In this document: piece after piece, positions 53,563 through 61,976 of the stretch
Position numbering within the stretch: the first letter of the stretch is position 1
Layout of the letters: every line of letters starts with the position of its first letter
IMG/VR virus record: IMGVR_UViG_3300045988_123588
Strand: one strand, 5' to 3'
DNA length: 64,000 nt
Source of the DNA: a virus
Made by a program: the position numbers and the translations under genes
The notes under the pieces: model-generated
What the model was told of the DNA's origin: nothing
Database searches by the model: none
The model's input: only the letters and a program-made list of their open reading frames with translations

Positions 53563-53610
53563 ATGTACACACAACAAAGCCCAGTAGAAACCTATAAACT
53601 ACTGGGCTTT
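53563..53610 (-). terminator. terminator of cassette P2
   Basis: Minus strand: AAAGCCCAGTAG...CTACTGGGCTTT followed by GTTGTGTGT. Confidence 0.65.
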
Positions 53611-53614
53611 ATTT

Positions 53615-54034
53615 TTAATCTATATTCCAATAAAAACCGTCCACTGGTGAACATGTAACTATTTCTCGGTTACCAGGTAAACTGTCAATAGTTATCTGTT
53701 GTATGATTTGGTCTCCGTTTTTACTCAGTACAGCAAACATAACCATTCCAAGTACCACCCTATTAGAATCTCTAAGGTTAATATAAATCGGTGGGTATAT
53801 GTACCCATACTTGTCCATCTCTCCGCTATTTTGAAGGGCTTTGTTATCGAATATCACTCTTACAGCATCTACCTTACCGTCGATGATATCCTGGGTTAAT
53901 TGTTGGGTCTCTTCTTCCGTGGATTGGAATTCGAACCCATTCCAATCTGTACTGGCTATTTTCAAATCTCTGACTACCATATCTTCATTTAGTGTGAAAG
54001 GCACATTGCCTGAATGAAACATTAACAAACTCAT
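53615..54034 (-). CDS. FH(S/Q)xNVP-family protein P2
   Basis: MSLLMFHSGNVPFTLNEDM... Confidence 0.6.
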   Translation of the reverse strand: MSLLMFHSGNVPFTLNEDMVVRDLKIASTDWNGFEFQSTEEETQQLTQDIIDGKVDAVRVIFDNKALQNSGEMDKYGYIYPPIYINLRDSNRVVLGMVMFAVLSKNGDQIIQQITIDSLPGNREIVTCSPVDGFYWNID

Positions 54035-54053
54035 AAGTTGTAAGGTTTATTGG

Positions 54054-54082
54054 TAAGAGTATATCTCTAAGATATACTCTTA
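54054..54082. promoter_or_regulatory. perfect palindrome upstream of P2
   Basis: TAAGAGTATATCT-cta-AGATATACTCTTA, 19 nt from the start codon. Confidence 0.75.
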
Positions 54083-54091
54083 GGTGACCTA

Positions 54092-54129
54092 CTCACACAA
54101 AAATACCCAACTAAATTAGCTGGGTATTT
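54092..54129 (-). terminator. terminator of cassette P3
   Basis: Minus strand: AAATACCCA...TGGGTATTT followed by TTGTGTGAG. Confidence 0.6.
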
Positions 54130-54140
54130 GAGTTGTATAG

Positions 54141-54581
54141 TTATTCTACCGTTTCCATGGTAATGGTTCCTGTAGAGGAAATAGTGATACATTGTATTGA
54201 CCTGTATGAACCATCTCCTTGACCTTTTACAGGTAATTGCCACGAAGTTGTACTTCTTAATACCGGTATACACGGTAAGTAGATATTTATACTACCAGGT
54301 ACTTGATAGTTACTGATATTCATAACAATACCTATGGTATCTACTTCATACAATTTACTACCATTACTAGTTGACCGTCCCCTTATGATAGGGATCACTG
54401 GCTCAGCATCATTAGCTGAAGCAGTCCTTACCAAAAGGTCGAAAGCTTGTTTACCAGTCATACCCAGTACAGAGTTAAATACTGGATACTCTCCCTGTTC
54501 CATGGGCAGGTCCACTAAAAAAATTATCGGCTTCATATTTTCCAAGATTTGTAATACATTCTGTGAGTGAAATCCTAACAT
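54141..54581 (-). CDS. FH(S/Q)xNVP-family protein P3
   Basis: MLGFHSQNVLQILENMK... Confidence 0.6.
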   Translation of the reverse strand: MLGFHSQNVLQILENMKPIIFLVDLPMEQGEYPVFNSVLGMTGKQAFDLLVRTASANDAEPVIPIIRGRSTSNGSKLYEVDTIGIVMNISNYQVPGSINIYLPCIPVLRSTTSWQLPVKGQGDGSYRSIQCITISSTGTITMETVE

Positions 54582-54613
54582 AGTTTTTGGTGTTAAGGTC
54601 CTTATATACGCAT

Positions 54614-54641
54614 AAAAGTATTTCTTCTAAGAAATACTTTT
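54614..54641. promoter_or_regulatory. perfect palindrome in the divergent P3/P4 intergenic region
   Basis: AAAAGTATTTCTT-ct-AAGAAATACTTTT; 32 nt from the P3 start and 25 nt from the P4 start. Confidence 0.75.
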
Positions 54642-54666
54642 ACCATTAAACACATACAATACAGCT

Positions 54667-55071
54667 ATGTTAGGATTCCATTCTCAAAATGTACCAATCA
54701 CAATAATAGAAGATGATATGAAGTTTGCAAAGTTACCATTACCAACTAATGACATTGGGAGTTGGAGAAAAGATGCTCTTTCTACTGCTCAGCTAATAAG
54801 CATCTACACTCAGGCTAAAAATGAACAGATAGATGGAGTCATGATAGTGGATAGTATTGACTATGGCGGTCAATATGAACAAAGAGCCATATCCACTGGA
54901 TTAAGGGTCAACCCTAACGAAGTACGATTTGACTTCAACTATGGTCATACCACAGAAGATGGTCAAGCTATCGGCAGAGGTTTTGTCAACGACGACCAAA
55001 CCACAGCTATATACAGAGTTATAATTACAAGTGCTGGAGTACTAACCTATAGTTACACTTCGTTGGAATAA
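54667..55071 (+). CDS. FH(S/Q)xNVP-family protein P4 (inverted orientation)
   Basis: MLGFHSQNVPITIIEDDMKFAKLPL... Confidence 0.6.
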   Translation: MLGFHSQNVPITIIEDDMKFAKLPLPTNDIGSWRKDALSTAQLISIYTQAKNEQIDGVMIVDSIDYGGQYEQRAISTGLRVNPNEVRFDFNYGHTTEDGQAIGRGFVNDDQTTAIYRVIITSAGVLTYSYTSLE

Positions 55072-55084
55072 AAAAAAACGCTAA

Positions 55085-55115
55085 ATAGGAGGTCAGTAAA
55101 TATCTGACCTCCTAT
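55085..55115. terminator. bidirectional terminator between convergent genes
   Basis: ATAGGAGGTCAG-taaatat-CTGACCTCCTAT followed by TATGTGTG. Confidence 0.7.
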
Positions 55116-55133
55116 TATGTGTGATTATATTTA

Positions 55134-55448
55134 CTACTTTTGGTCTGGTTCTTTGACCTTAGCCTTTTGTTTGAAGTAGAACTTGGTTTCTACGAAAAGA
55201 TAGGGGTATTCCTTATTTTCGGGGTCATACACCAAAGTATAATCTACCCCTCTAACGTTGGCTTTCATGTAATGAAACTTTCTCCAGGCTTTATCATTGA
55301 GATTTTTGATGACTTGTTCAAAAGAACGTACAAAACCAACTCTCTTCCTTAGGTACTTCTTTGTTCTACCAACTTCTTGGTAAAACATTTCTTCTATTAC
55401 TCCACCAGCAGCATAAAACTGACCCGGAGTATAAACTTTTACTGCCAT
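55134..55448 (-). CDS. hypothetical protein
   Basis: 104-aa ORF. Confidence 0.5.
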   Translation of the reverse strand: MAVKVYTPGQFYAAGGVIEEMFYQEVGRTKKYLRKRVGFVRSFEQVIKNLNDKAWRKFHYMKANVRGVDYTLVYDPENKEYPYLFVETKFYFKQKAKVKEPDQK

Positions 55449-55461
55449 ATAGATATTTTGA

Positions 55462-55812
55462 TTAAGGTTCCCAAATGTCGAATGTTTGACCTTGAGCTGT
55501 AGTTATTCTTAATGAATAATGTTCTCTTACTACCCTTAGCTTAGTAAAGGTTAGGTCATGTTTACGGTATACATACTCCTCTAAGGATGATATCTCATTT
55601 TCAATATTGCCCTTTAATTGACCACTGAACTTTTGGGTGAACCCTTGAGTAAGATTATTTATCTTTCCAGTGAGTTTATCCCGTAAAAGGGAAGGAATAT
55701 TCCCGTCTATGATTACTTTCTCTATATAAGCATCCCAAACAGGAATAGATTGCTTCTCTTCATCACTGGCTTTCCTCAAGATTATTTCAATGTCGTTTAA
55801 TTCTATTATCAT
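55462..55812 (-). CDS. hypothetical protein
   Basis: 116-aa ORF. Confidence 0.5.
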   Translation of the reverse strand: MIIELNDIEIILRKASDEEKQSIPVWDAYIEKVIIDGNIPSLLRDKLTGKINNLTQGFTQKFSGQLKGNIENEISSLEEYVYRKHDLTFTKLRVVREHYSLRITTAQGQTFDIWEP

Positions 55813-56047
55813 TCTTGAAAAGAATTTTGAATGTTAGTATTAACAATCCGGTTATTACTGCAGGACTAACTGCCCATATTAGAAATAAAACTCCATACCT
55901 TACCTTATTAGAGGCTTTCTTAAGAGGAGTTTCTTCTACTACACTGTAGATAAACAAGCAGAAAATAAATCCGAGAGTGTAGAATACTAAAAGGGTATAA
56001 CCCAACCAAGCCGGAGTGGGATTAGCAGTCATCAGGATATCAGACAT
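55787..56047 (-). CDS. small membrane protein
   Basis: 86 aa, 2-3 TM helices. Confidence 0.5.
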   Translation of the reverse strand: MSDILMTANPTPAWLGYTLLVFYTLGFIFCLFIYSVVEETPLKKASNKVRYGVLFLIWAVSPAVITGLLILTFKILFKNDNRIKRH

Positions 56048-56235
56048 GAGATGATTATTATGATGGTAATACAGATTATGAATGTTTGAATAGTTTCTTT
56101 CTTACCTTTGGACCAAGATTCGTTACCATCATACTCTTTATCAGCTTCTTTAATAGCTTTCCAAGTCATACCTCCACAATATGCAGAGTAACTAATAACG
56201 TTGACTGTAATCCAATGTAGTAAGAAACGTATCAT
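56032..56235 (-). CDS. small membrane protein
   Basis: 67 aa, TM helices at both ends. Confidence 0.45.
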   Translation of the reverse strand: MIRFLLHWITVNVISYSAYCGGMTWKAIKEADKEYDGNESWSKGKKETIQTFIICITIIIIISCLIS

Positions 56236-56546
56236 TTTCCTTCTATTTTTTCTATAATACGACTGATTTTGGCAGCGGCATACCTGATTATATCAGGATT
56301 TTCAATCCCTTTCTTGTTGATGGCAGCCAATTTCTCCAAATCACGGTTTAAAGTTCTCTGTGCTACCAGAGTTTTATACTTTTCTTCGTTAAAAACCTCA
56401 ATTTGATATTTAGAATTGATAGGACGAAGAGTCCGGTCAGTCTTAATACCATTGTCGAGGGTGTAGATTCCCTTTTTCCTCTCTTTAATAGCCGTCTTTT
56501 CAAAGAAGGCAGGGCCTGTTACCAGTAGTAAATCACCAACTTTCAT
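56232..56546 (-). CDS. hypothetical protein
   Basis: 104-aa ORF. Confidence 0.5.
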   Translation of the reverse strand: MKVGDLLLVTGPAFFEKTAIKERKKGIYTLDNGIKTDRTLRPINSKYQIEVFNEEKYKTLVAQRTLNRDLEKLAAINKKGIENPDIIRYAAAKISRIIEKIEGK

Positions 56547-56628
56547 GAGTTTTGTTATTATTTTAATGCAATATTATATAGTTTTCGCAAGACCTTCCGG
56601 TATATATTATATAAATCTATTTTCTCGG

Positions 56629-57156
56629 TTAGTTAGATAGCCTTTTTATGATTCTACGTATACATTCATTACCAACTTTGAACTTTTTAGATATGTAACC
56701 AGTAGTTTTACCCTGATTATGTAGATTAAATACCTCTATTTCTTGTTCTTTGGTTAGTTTTGACCAGGGGTTTAGATATCCAAATTTGCCCTTACCAGGA
56801 TTATTCTCATGAGTAAACAGAGTAGTCAATCTATTTTCACGTAAAGCCTGTTGGATGTTCATTTTCTGAGTTCCCCAATATAAATTCTCTACATGATTGT
56901 TCAATGGGTTATTATCCCTATGACACACACATGGATATTTATTAGGGTTTGGTATATAAATCATGGCTACCAATCGAGAAACGGAGAAATGACGGTCTAT
57001 CTTATTAGTAACGTACAACCTAACTCGATAAGATTTTCTATTACCTCGAGTTACAATCTTAAATTTTCTTAATTTCCAACCCTTAGTTTTGGTAAATCTA
57101 TATACTTTACCATCTTTAGTTACATGGTATGGTAAGTCAAACACATTAGCTTTCAT
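56629..57156 (-). CDS. HNH homing endonuclease (free-standing)
   Basis: VCHRDNNPLNNHVENLYWGT HNH core plus a C-terminal helix-turn-helix-like tail (GYISKKFKVGNECIRRI). Confidence 0.75.
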   Translation of the reverse strand: MKANVFDLPYHVTKDGKVYRFTKTKGWKLRKFKIVTRGNRKSYRVRLYVTNKIDRHFSVSRLVAMIYIPNPNKYPCVCHRDNNPLNNHVENLYWGTQKMNIQQALRENRLTTLFTHENNPGKGKFGYLNPWSKLTKEQEIEVFNLHNQGKTTGYISKKFKVGNECIRRIIKRLSN

Positions 57157-57169
57157 AAACTTAATTAAA

Positions 57170-58189
57170 ATGCAAAAGCCAATAGTAATTTTAGGAGTCG
57201 ATGCAGCACAAGGTGCACTACTTTTCCCCTTTCAAAATGATTCTCGGTTCAGAATAGTAGCAAATATAGAACCCCGCTCAGTTTTTCATAGTAAAGGGGA
57301 ATTACAATGGAAGCTCAATTTTGGAAATATACCGTTTGTAAGAAGCCTTGAAGAGGTCAAAAACACCCAAATTGACCTGATATTAGGTTCTCCTTCATGT
57401 GGTCATAGTTCTGTATTCTCTTATTCCAGGAAAAAATCCTTGGGCAAACCCCGGGAAGATGCCACCCTTAATTTATATCTTTCCAGTATAAAGAAGTTCA
57501 AGCCAGCAATATTTATGCTGGAGAACCTCCCAAAGCTTCTAGATTTTATACCTATCGGGGAATGGGAGCATAATTTACCCGATTATCAACTTATAGTTCA
57601 CTGTCACTCCGTTTCGGTATTCGGTAATTCTCAACAAAGTAGGAAACGTCTGGTATTGATAGGAGTACGTAAAGATTATAAAGTTAACCCAGACCTCTTC
57701 ACCCATACTTTCAAAGTAAGTAAGTTGAAAAACCTATGTGAACTGAAGAAAGAAGTACGCAGGGATATAAATTATCGAGAAGCAGATGATAAAAAGTTGG
57801 CAATGTATCATTATGCAGATAAGTCGAAAACTACTTTAACCGTGGCCCAAGTGAGGAAATTATGGAGAACCGAGTTTAAGAATGACTACAAATGGCCAAT
57901 GAGAACTCAAAAGATGAAGACTCTTCCAGGAGTATATAGGAATAGGAAAAGAAGTTACCCATTGACCGTGAGACCCTCATCAAGACAATTCAACCCCCAT
58001 GGAAGGATAATTGGCCTTGAAGAGTATAGGGTTATAATGGGCTTTCCTAAAAATTTTAAGGTATATTTTGATAAGGCTAATCCCACCTATTGGTTAAATA
58101 AGGGAAGGAATACCTTAACCAAAGGTTCGGTATATGAGGTTGGGATATGGTTAAAAAGGTGCCTAATTAAGGCCTCAATTTTAAGATAA
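57170..58189 (+). CDS. DNA (cytosine-5) methyltransferase-like protein with an atypical motif I
   Basis: Motif IV GSPSCGHSS, VI FMLENLPKL, VIII QQSRKRLVLIG and IX/X IGLEEYRVIMGFPKNFKV are collinear with M.HhaI. Motif I reads LGVDAAQGA instead of FxGxGG. Start moved to MQKPIVIL. Confidence 0.65.
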   Translation: MQKPIVILGVDAAQGALLFPFQNDSRFRIVANIEPRSVFHSKGELQWKLNFGNIPFVRSLEEVKNTQIDLILGSPSCGHSSVFSYSRKKSLGKPREDATLNLYLSSIKKFKPAIFMLENLPKLLDFIPIGEWEHNLPDYQLIVHCHSVSVFGNSQQSRKRLVLIGVRKDYKVNPDLFTHTFKVSKLKNLCELKKEVRRDINYREADDKKLAMYHYADKSKTTLTVAQVRKLWRTEFKNDYKWPMRTQKMKTLPGVYRNRKRSYPLTVRPSSRQFNPHGRIIGLEEYRVIMGFPKNFKVYFDKANPTYWLNKGRNTLTKGSVYEVGIWLKRCLIKASILR

Positions 58190-58192
58190 CTC

Positions 58193-58265
58193 CCCCTCGT
58201 ATATGCGCGTGATAATAATATACCTTAAACAGTATATTATTATCTATATACGCGTTTAAGAGGGG
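58193..58265. repeat. large imperfect palindrome upstream of the packaging module
   Basis: 13-bp perfect inverted repeat GATAATAATATAC (58211-58223) / GTATATTATTATC (58232-58244), outer CCCCTC/GAGGGG, internal TATATGCGCG/TATATACGCG. Confidence 0.7.
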
Positions 58266-58297
58266 TATATGAAAGAACAAAATAACAAATACAGAAA

Positions 58298-58957
58298 ATG
58301 AAAAATGTAATCCTAACCTTAGCCTTTATATTTATGGCCTTAACCATATTCTGGCTATGGAACCGAAATTCAGAATTAAAGGAAGGTATTAAAAATTCTA
58401 CTGAGCAACCTGATACAGTTTGGGTTAATAAACCATTTACTGCAAAGGTTGAATTTCCAAATTTTAAGTTACCAAGGATAGTATTCCTCTATCAGATAGA
58501 TTCAGTACCTATTGAACGTATCGAATATGTTGATAGAGTAGTTACCATCATTCAGAAAGATTCAACCAAGATTGAATACAATGAATTATTCTTGACTAAC
58601 TATCCAAAGGCTCCAAAATTATTACAAATACTTTCAAATCGAGATAAGCTATCCATCACTACATTCAATACAGACTGTAGATTAGCTACAGAAGAATATA
58701 CAGTCAATTATTCTCGATATCAGTATAATTACCTGGATGGGAAATTAACTTATAAGAAAACATCCTTTCTAAAAAGATTTAATCCAGTAGTTCAATATAC
58801 CATACGACCAGTACATAACTTCCATGATTTGGATTTAGGCTTGAAATACAATACCAGTAAATTTAATTATGAAGCCGGGTTGAATATCAACTATTATCCT
58901 AAACTTCGGGATAATTTAGGTCTTGACCCGTACCTAAGAATTTCATACAATTTCTGA
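58298..58957 (+). CDS. membrane-anchored beta-rich protein (outer-membrane-protein-like C-terminus)
   Basis: N-terminal TM VILTLAFIFMALTIFWLW; alternating-pattern C-terminus LDLGLKYNTSKFNYEAGLNINYY...YLRISYNF ending in Phe. Confidence 0.4.
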   Translation: MKNVILTLAFIFMALTIFWLWNRNSELKEGIKNSTEQPDTVWVNKPFTAKVEFPNFKLPRIVFLYQIDSVPIERIEYVDRVVTIIQKDSTKIEYNELFLTNYPKAPKLLQILSNRDKLSITTFNTDCRLATEEYTVNYSRYQYNYLDGKLTYKKTSFLKRFNPVVQYTIRPVHNFHDLDLGLKYNTSKFNYEAGLNINYYPKLRDNLGLDPYLRISYNF

Positions 58958-58958
58958 C

Positions 58959-60467
58959 ATGGCAAGAAAGAAGACATTAGTTGAAGATGCAAGTCTTACA
59001 CCTGAACAACTTAAGACATTGGTTCGGGTGATGAAAGACCCTTTCTTCTTTTCTACTTTCTGCTACGTGATAAACCCAGTGTTGGGTATGGTAAAGTTCT
59101 TGCTCTACCCTTTTCAAAAGGCAGTGCTATACCAATTCATGCTCAACAGGTTCAATATCATCCTAAAGTTTCGTCAGGCTGGTATTACTGAGCTAATCTC
59201 CCTCTACTGTCTTTGGTTAGCAATGTATCATCCTAACAAGAAGATAAACATTATCTCAATCAAGGACACCGTAGCAAAGAAAGTACTGAAGAAGATTAAG
59301 TTCATGTACAAGAATCTACCCTCATATTTGCAAGAGCCTATCATAAATGGTCGTGCAGGGGAGTTTGGTTCTGTATCAACTATAGAGTTTGCAAATGGTT
59401 CTGTAATAGAATCTATTCCAACCTCTGACCAAGCTGGTCGTTCTGAATCTTTGTCGTTGTTAGTGATTGATGAAGCAGCAATCGTAAGATGGGCTTCAAC
59501 TATCTGGGCATCAGCCTTCCCTACTCTGTCCACTGGTGGTGCTGCTATAGTAAACTCAACCCCGTATGGAGTAGGTAACTTCTTTCACGGTACTTGGGTA
59601 GATGCTATATCTGGGGGTAACCCATTCAATCCCATTAGATTGTATTGGCAGATGCACCCCGACAGAGATGAGAAATGGTATGAAGAGATGTCTGCTGCTT
59701 TGGGACCCAAGAGAACTGCTCAGGAGATAGATGGTGACTTCTTATCATCTGGTAATACAGTATTCGACTTAGCTGATATAAAGGCTATAGAAGAATGTTT
59801 ATTCGACTATCCCGTTATCAATACTCGTCTCAAAGGTCAGTATAAAGAGTTCAATGAACCAGACCCGAACAAAGAATACTTTATCGGTGGTGACTGTGCT
59901 ACTGGTAGAGGTACAGACTACTCGGCTTTCACCTGTATGGATAAAGAGGGAGAAGAGGCTGCAGTATACAAGGGTAGGATACCTTTGAATAAGTATGCCC
60001 GTTTACTTGGCGATATTGGAGAGAAGTATAACTTTGCTAAGTTAGCTCCTGAGACCAATGACGTTGGTATGACAGTGACTACCATACTTCAGGATGAGGG
60101 TTATCCAAATCTTTACTTCTATACTAAGCTCTTACGTAAGAAGAGGAAGAACAGACCTGAGGAAGATAAGTTCCCGGGATGGTTAACTACAACCAAGAAC
60201 CGTTCTGTAATCATCGAGAACTTAGAGAAGGATATTAGGGAAGAGAACGTAATTGTAAAAGACCCATTCTTCGTACAAGAAGCATACACCTTTATATACG
60301 ACGGTGCCGGAAGACCCATTGCTCGTGGTAAGCATAGAATGAATAATTCATCAATGGACCTGGATTTGGAAGGTGAAACCTATTCGGATGATGCGATATT
60401 CGGTAAAGCTATCACCAATCATATCAGGTCTCATAGTCCATCTGGTACTGTAGTAATTCCTCAGTAA
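58959..60467 (+). CDS. terL: terminase large subunit
   Basis: 502 aa; FRQAGITELIS, Walker-B-like LLVIDEAA, nuclease-domain IGGDCATGRGTDYSAF; followed by a portal-size ORF. Confidence 0.85.
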   Translation: MARKKTLVEDASLTPEQLKTLVRVMKDPFFFSTFCYVINPVLGMVKFLLYPFQKAVLYQFMLNRFNIILKFRQAGITELISLYCLWLAMYHPNKKINIISIKDTVAKKVLKKIKFMYKNLPSYLQEPIINGRAGEFGSVSTIEFANGSVIESIPTSDQAGRSESLSLLVIDEAAIVRWASTIWASAFPTLSTGGAAIVNSTPYGVGNFFHGTWVDAISGGNPFNPIRLYWQMHPDRDEKWYEEMSAALGPKRTAQEIDGDFLSSGNTVFDLADIKAIEECLFDYPVINTRLKGQYKEFNEPDPNKEYFIGGDCATGRGTDYSAFTCMDKEGEEAAVYKGRIPLNKYARLLGDIGEKYNFAKLAPETNDVGMTVTTILQDEGYPNLYFYTKLLRKKRKNRPEEDKFPGWLTTTKNRSVIIENLEKDIREENVIVKDPFFVQEAYTFIYDGAGRPIARGKHRMNNSSMDLDLEGETYSDDAIFGKAITNHIRSHSPSGTVVIPQ

Positions 60468-60488
60468 GCATAAACCATTCAATATAAC

Positions 60489-61973
60489 ATGAAACTTAAT
60501 CCTATCAGTTGGTTCACCAGGTCTAAGCCTGTGGAATCTCAGAACAAAGATGAGGGAAAGGGTTCAATAAGTCCGGGCAGAGTTTCTCAACCAGATGATG
60601 GTGTGGGGAACTCTGAACTCATTACCACTCTCAATGGTATGACGAACTTAGTTACCCCAACGTTCAGAACAGAACTAATACCTATCATTCGGGACCTGTA
60701 CAAGATAAACCCGGATGTCAGCATTGCATTGCAGGACATGTTCAAGCTGTCTAATACAGGTCATACCATTGACTTCCCAAACAATACTCCAGAAGAGTCT
60801 ACCAAGATGAGGGAGCATCTGAGGGATGTATCAAGAAAGTGGTCTAAATATACTGCTGGTATTGATGGGTTAGTAAACAAATTCATAGTTCAGCTTCTCG
60901 TTGGTGGTGCTATATCAGTAGAAGGAGTACCAAACAAGAAGTTAACAGGACTGGAAACCATACTCTTCATAAAACCAGAAACTATAAGGTTTAAGAGAGA
61001 GAACAATGGAGTATATCACCCATATCAAAGAAACCCACGTTTGGTAGATGGTCTCAAAGATTCATTCATACGATTGAATACAGAGACCTACTGTTATGTA
61101 GGTATGTATAATGATACCGATGAACCGTACGGAGTACCTCCATTCATGTCGGCTTTGGATTCTATCGCTGGTCAGCATACTATGCGAAAGAATTTCAAAC
61201 ATATTATGGAAGTAATGGGTATGGTTGGTTTCCTTGAAGCTAAGATGGCTAAACCTCCTCGTACTGCTGGAGAAAGTGAGAAAGCTTATGCTGAACGTTT
61301 GAACAGTACTCTCCGGAAGATGAAGACCAACATTGTTGGAGGTATGTCTGATGGAGTAGTGGTTGGTTACATTGATGACCACGAATTCGAATTAAGGTCT
61401 ACTTCAGCTTCTATGCAGAATATAAACCTTCCGTGGAATATGAATCAACAATCTGTGGCAAATGGCTTGGGAGTAAATGGTTCTATCATCGGAGTATCTG
61501 CATCACAGAGTGGTACTGAGGGAGGAGCTGGCATACAGCTGTCTAAAATGATATCCCAGTTAAAGAATATTCAAACATTGGTAATCTTTGTACTGGAGTT
61601 CTTTTATTCTCTAGAACTGCGCCTGGCTGGGTTTAACAACAAAGGAATCACTATCAAGTTTGGAACTTCAACTGTTTCAGACGATATTAAGTTACAACAG
61701 GCTCGTGAATACCGTGCTCGGGTAAATGTAACCCTGTACAATCAGGGTATAATAAGTCAGGACCAGTTTGCACGAGATATGGGTTATGAAGCTCCAGACC
61801 AACCCGAACCAAGAACTCCCGTGGATTCTGATGATTCAGATGGTACTGGTGATTCAGACACTGGTCAGAAGAAAAAGAAACGGGAAGATGACAAAGATAA
61901 GTCAGACCGTAGAACCCGTGATAAAGCAAATCCTAACCCCAAAAGGAAAGACCAAGACAGTAAACCAAGATAA
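60489..61973 (+). CDS. portal protein
   Basis: 494-aa ORF between terL and the protease; charged low-complexity C-terminus; assigned by synteny. Confidence 0.6.
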   Translation: MKLNPISWFTRSKPVESQNKDEGKGSISPGRVSQPDDGVGNSELITTLNGMTNLVTPTFRTELIPIIRDLYKINPDVSIALQDMFKLSNTGHTIDFPNNTPEESTKMREHLRDVSRKWSKYTAGIDGLVNKFIVQLLVGGAISVEGVPNKKLTGLETILFIKPETIRFKRENNGVYHPYQRNPRLVDGLKDSFIRLNTETYCYVGMYNDTDEPYGVPPFMSALDSIAGQHTMRKNFKHIMEVMGMVGFLEAKMAKPPRTAGESEKAYAERLNSTLRKMKTNIVGGMSDGVVVGYIDDHEFELRSTSASMQNINLPWNMNQQSVANGLGVNGSIIGVSASQSGTEGGAGIQLSKMISQLKNIQTLVIFVLEFFYSLELRLAGFNNKGITIKFGTSTVSDDIKLQQAREYRARVNVTLYNQGIISQDQFARDMGYEAPDQPEPRTPVDSDDSDGTGDSDTGQKKKKREDDKDKSDRRTRDKANPNPKRKDQDSKPR

Positions 61974-61976
61974 ATT

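Noticed and set aside
57089-57169. Upstream extension of the MTase-like ORF
   Set aside because: It would overlap the divergent HNH gene by about 70 nt. The MTase homology begins at MQKPIVILG.
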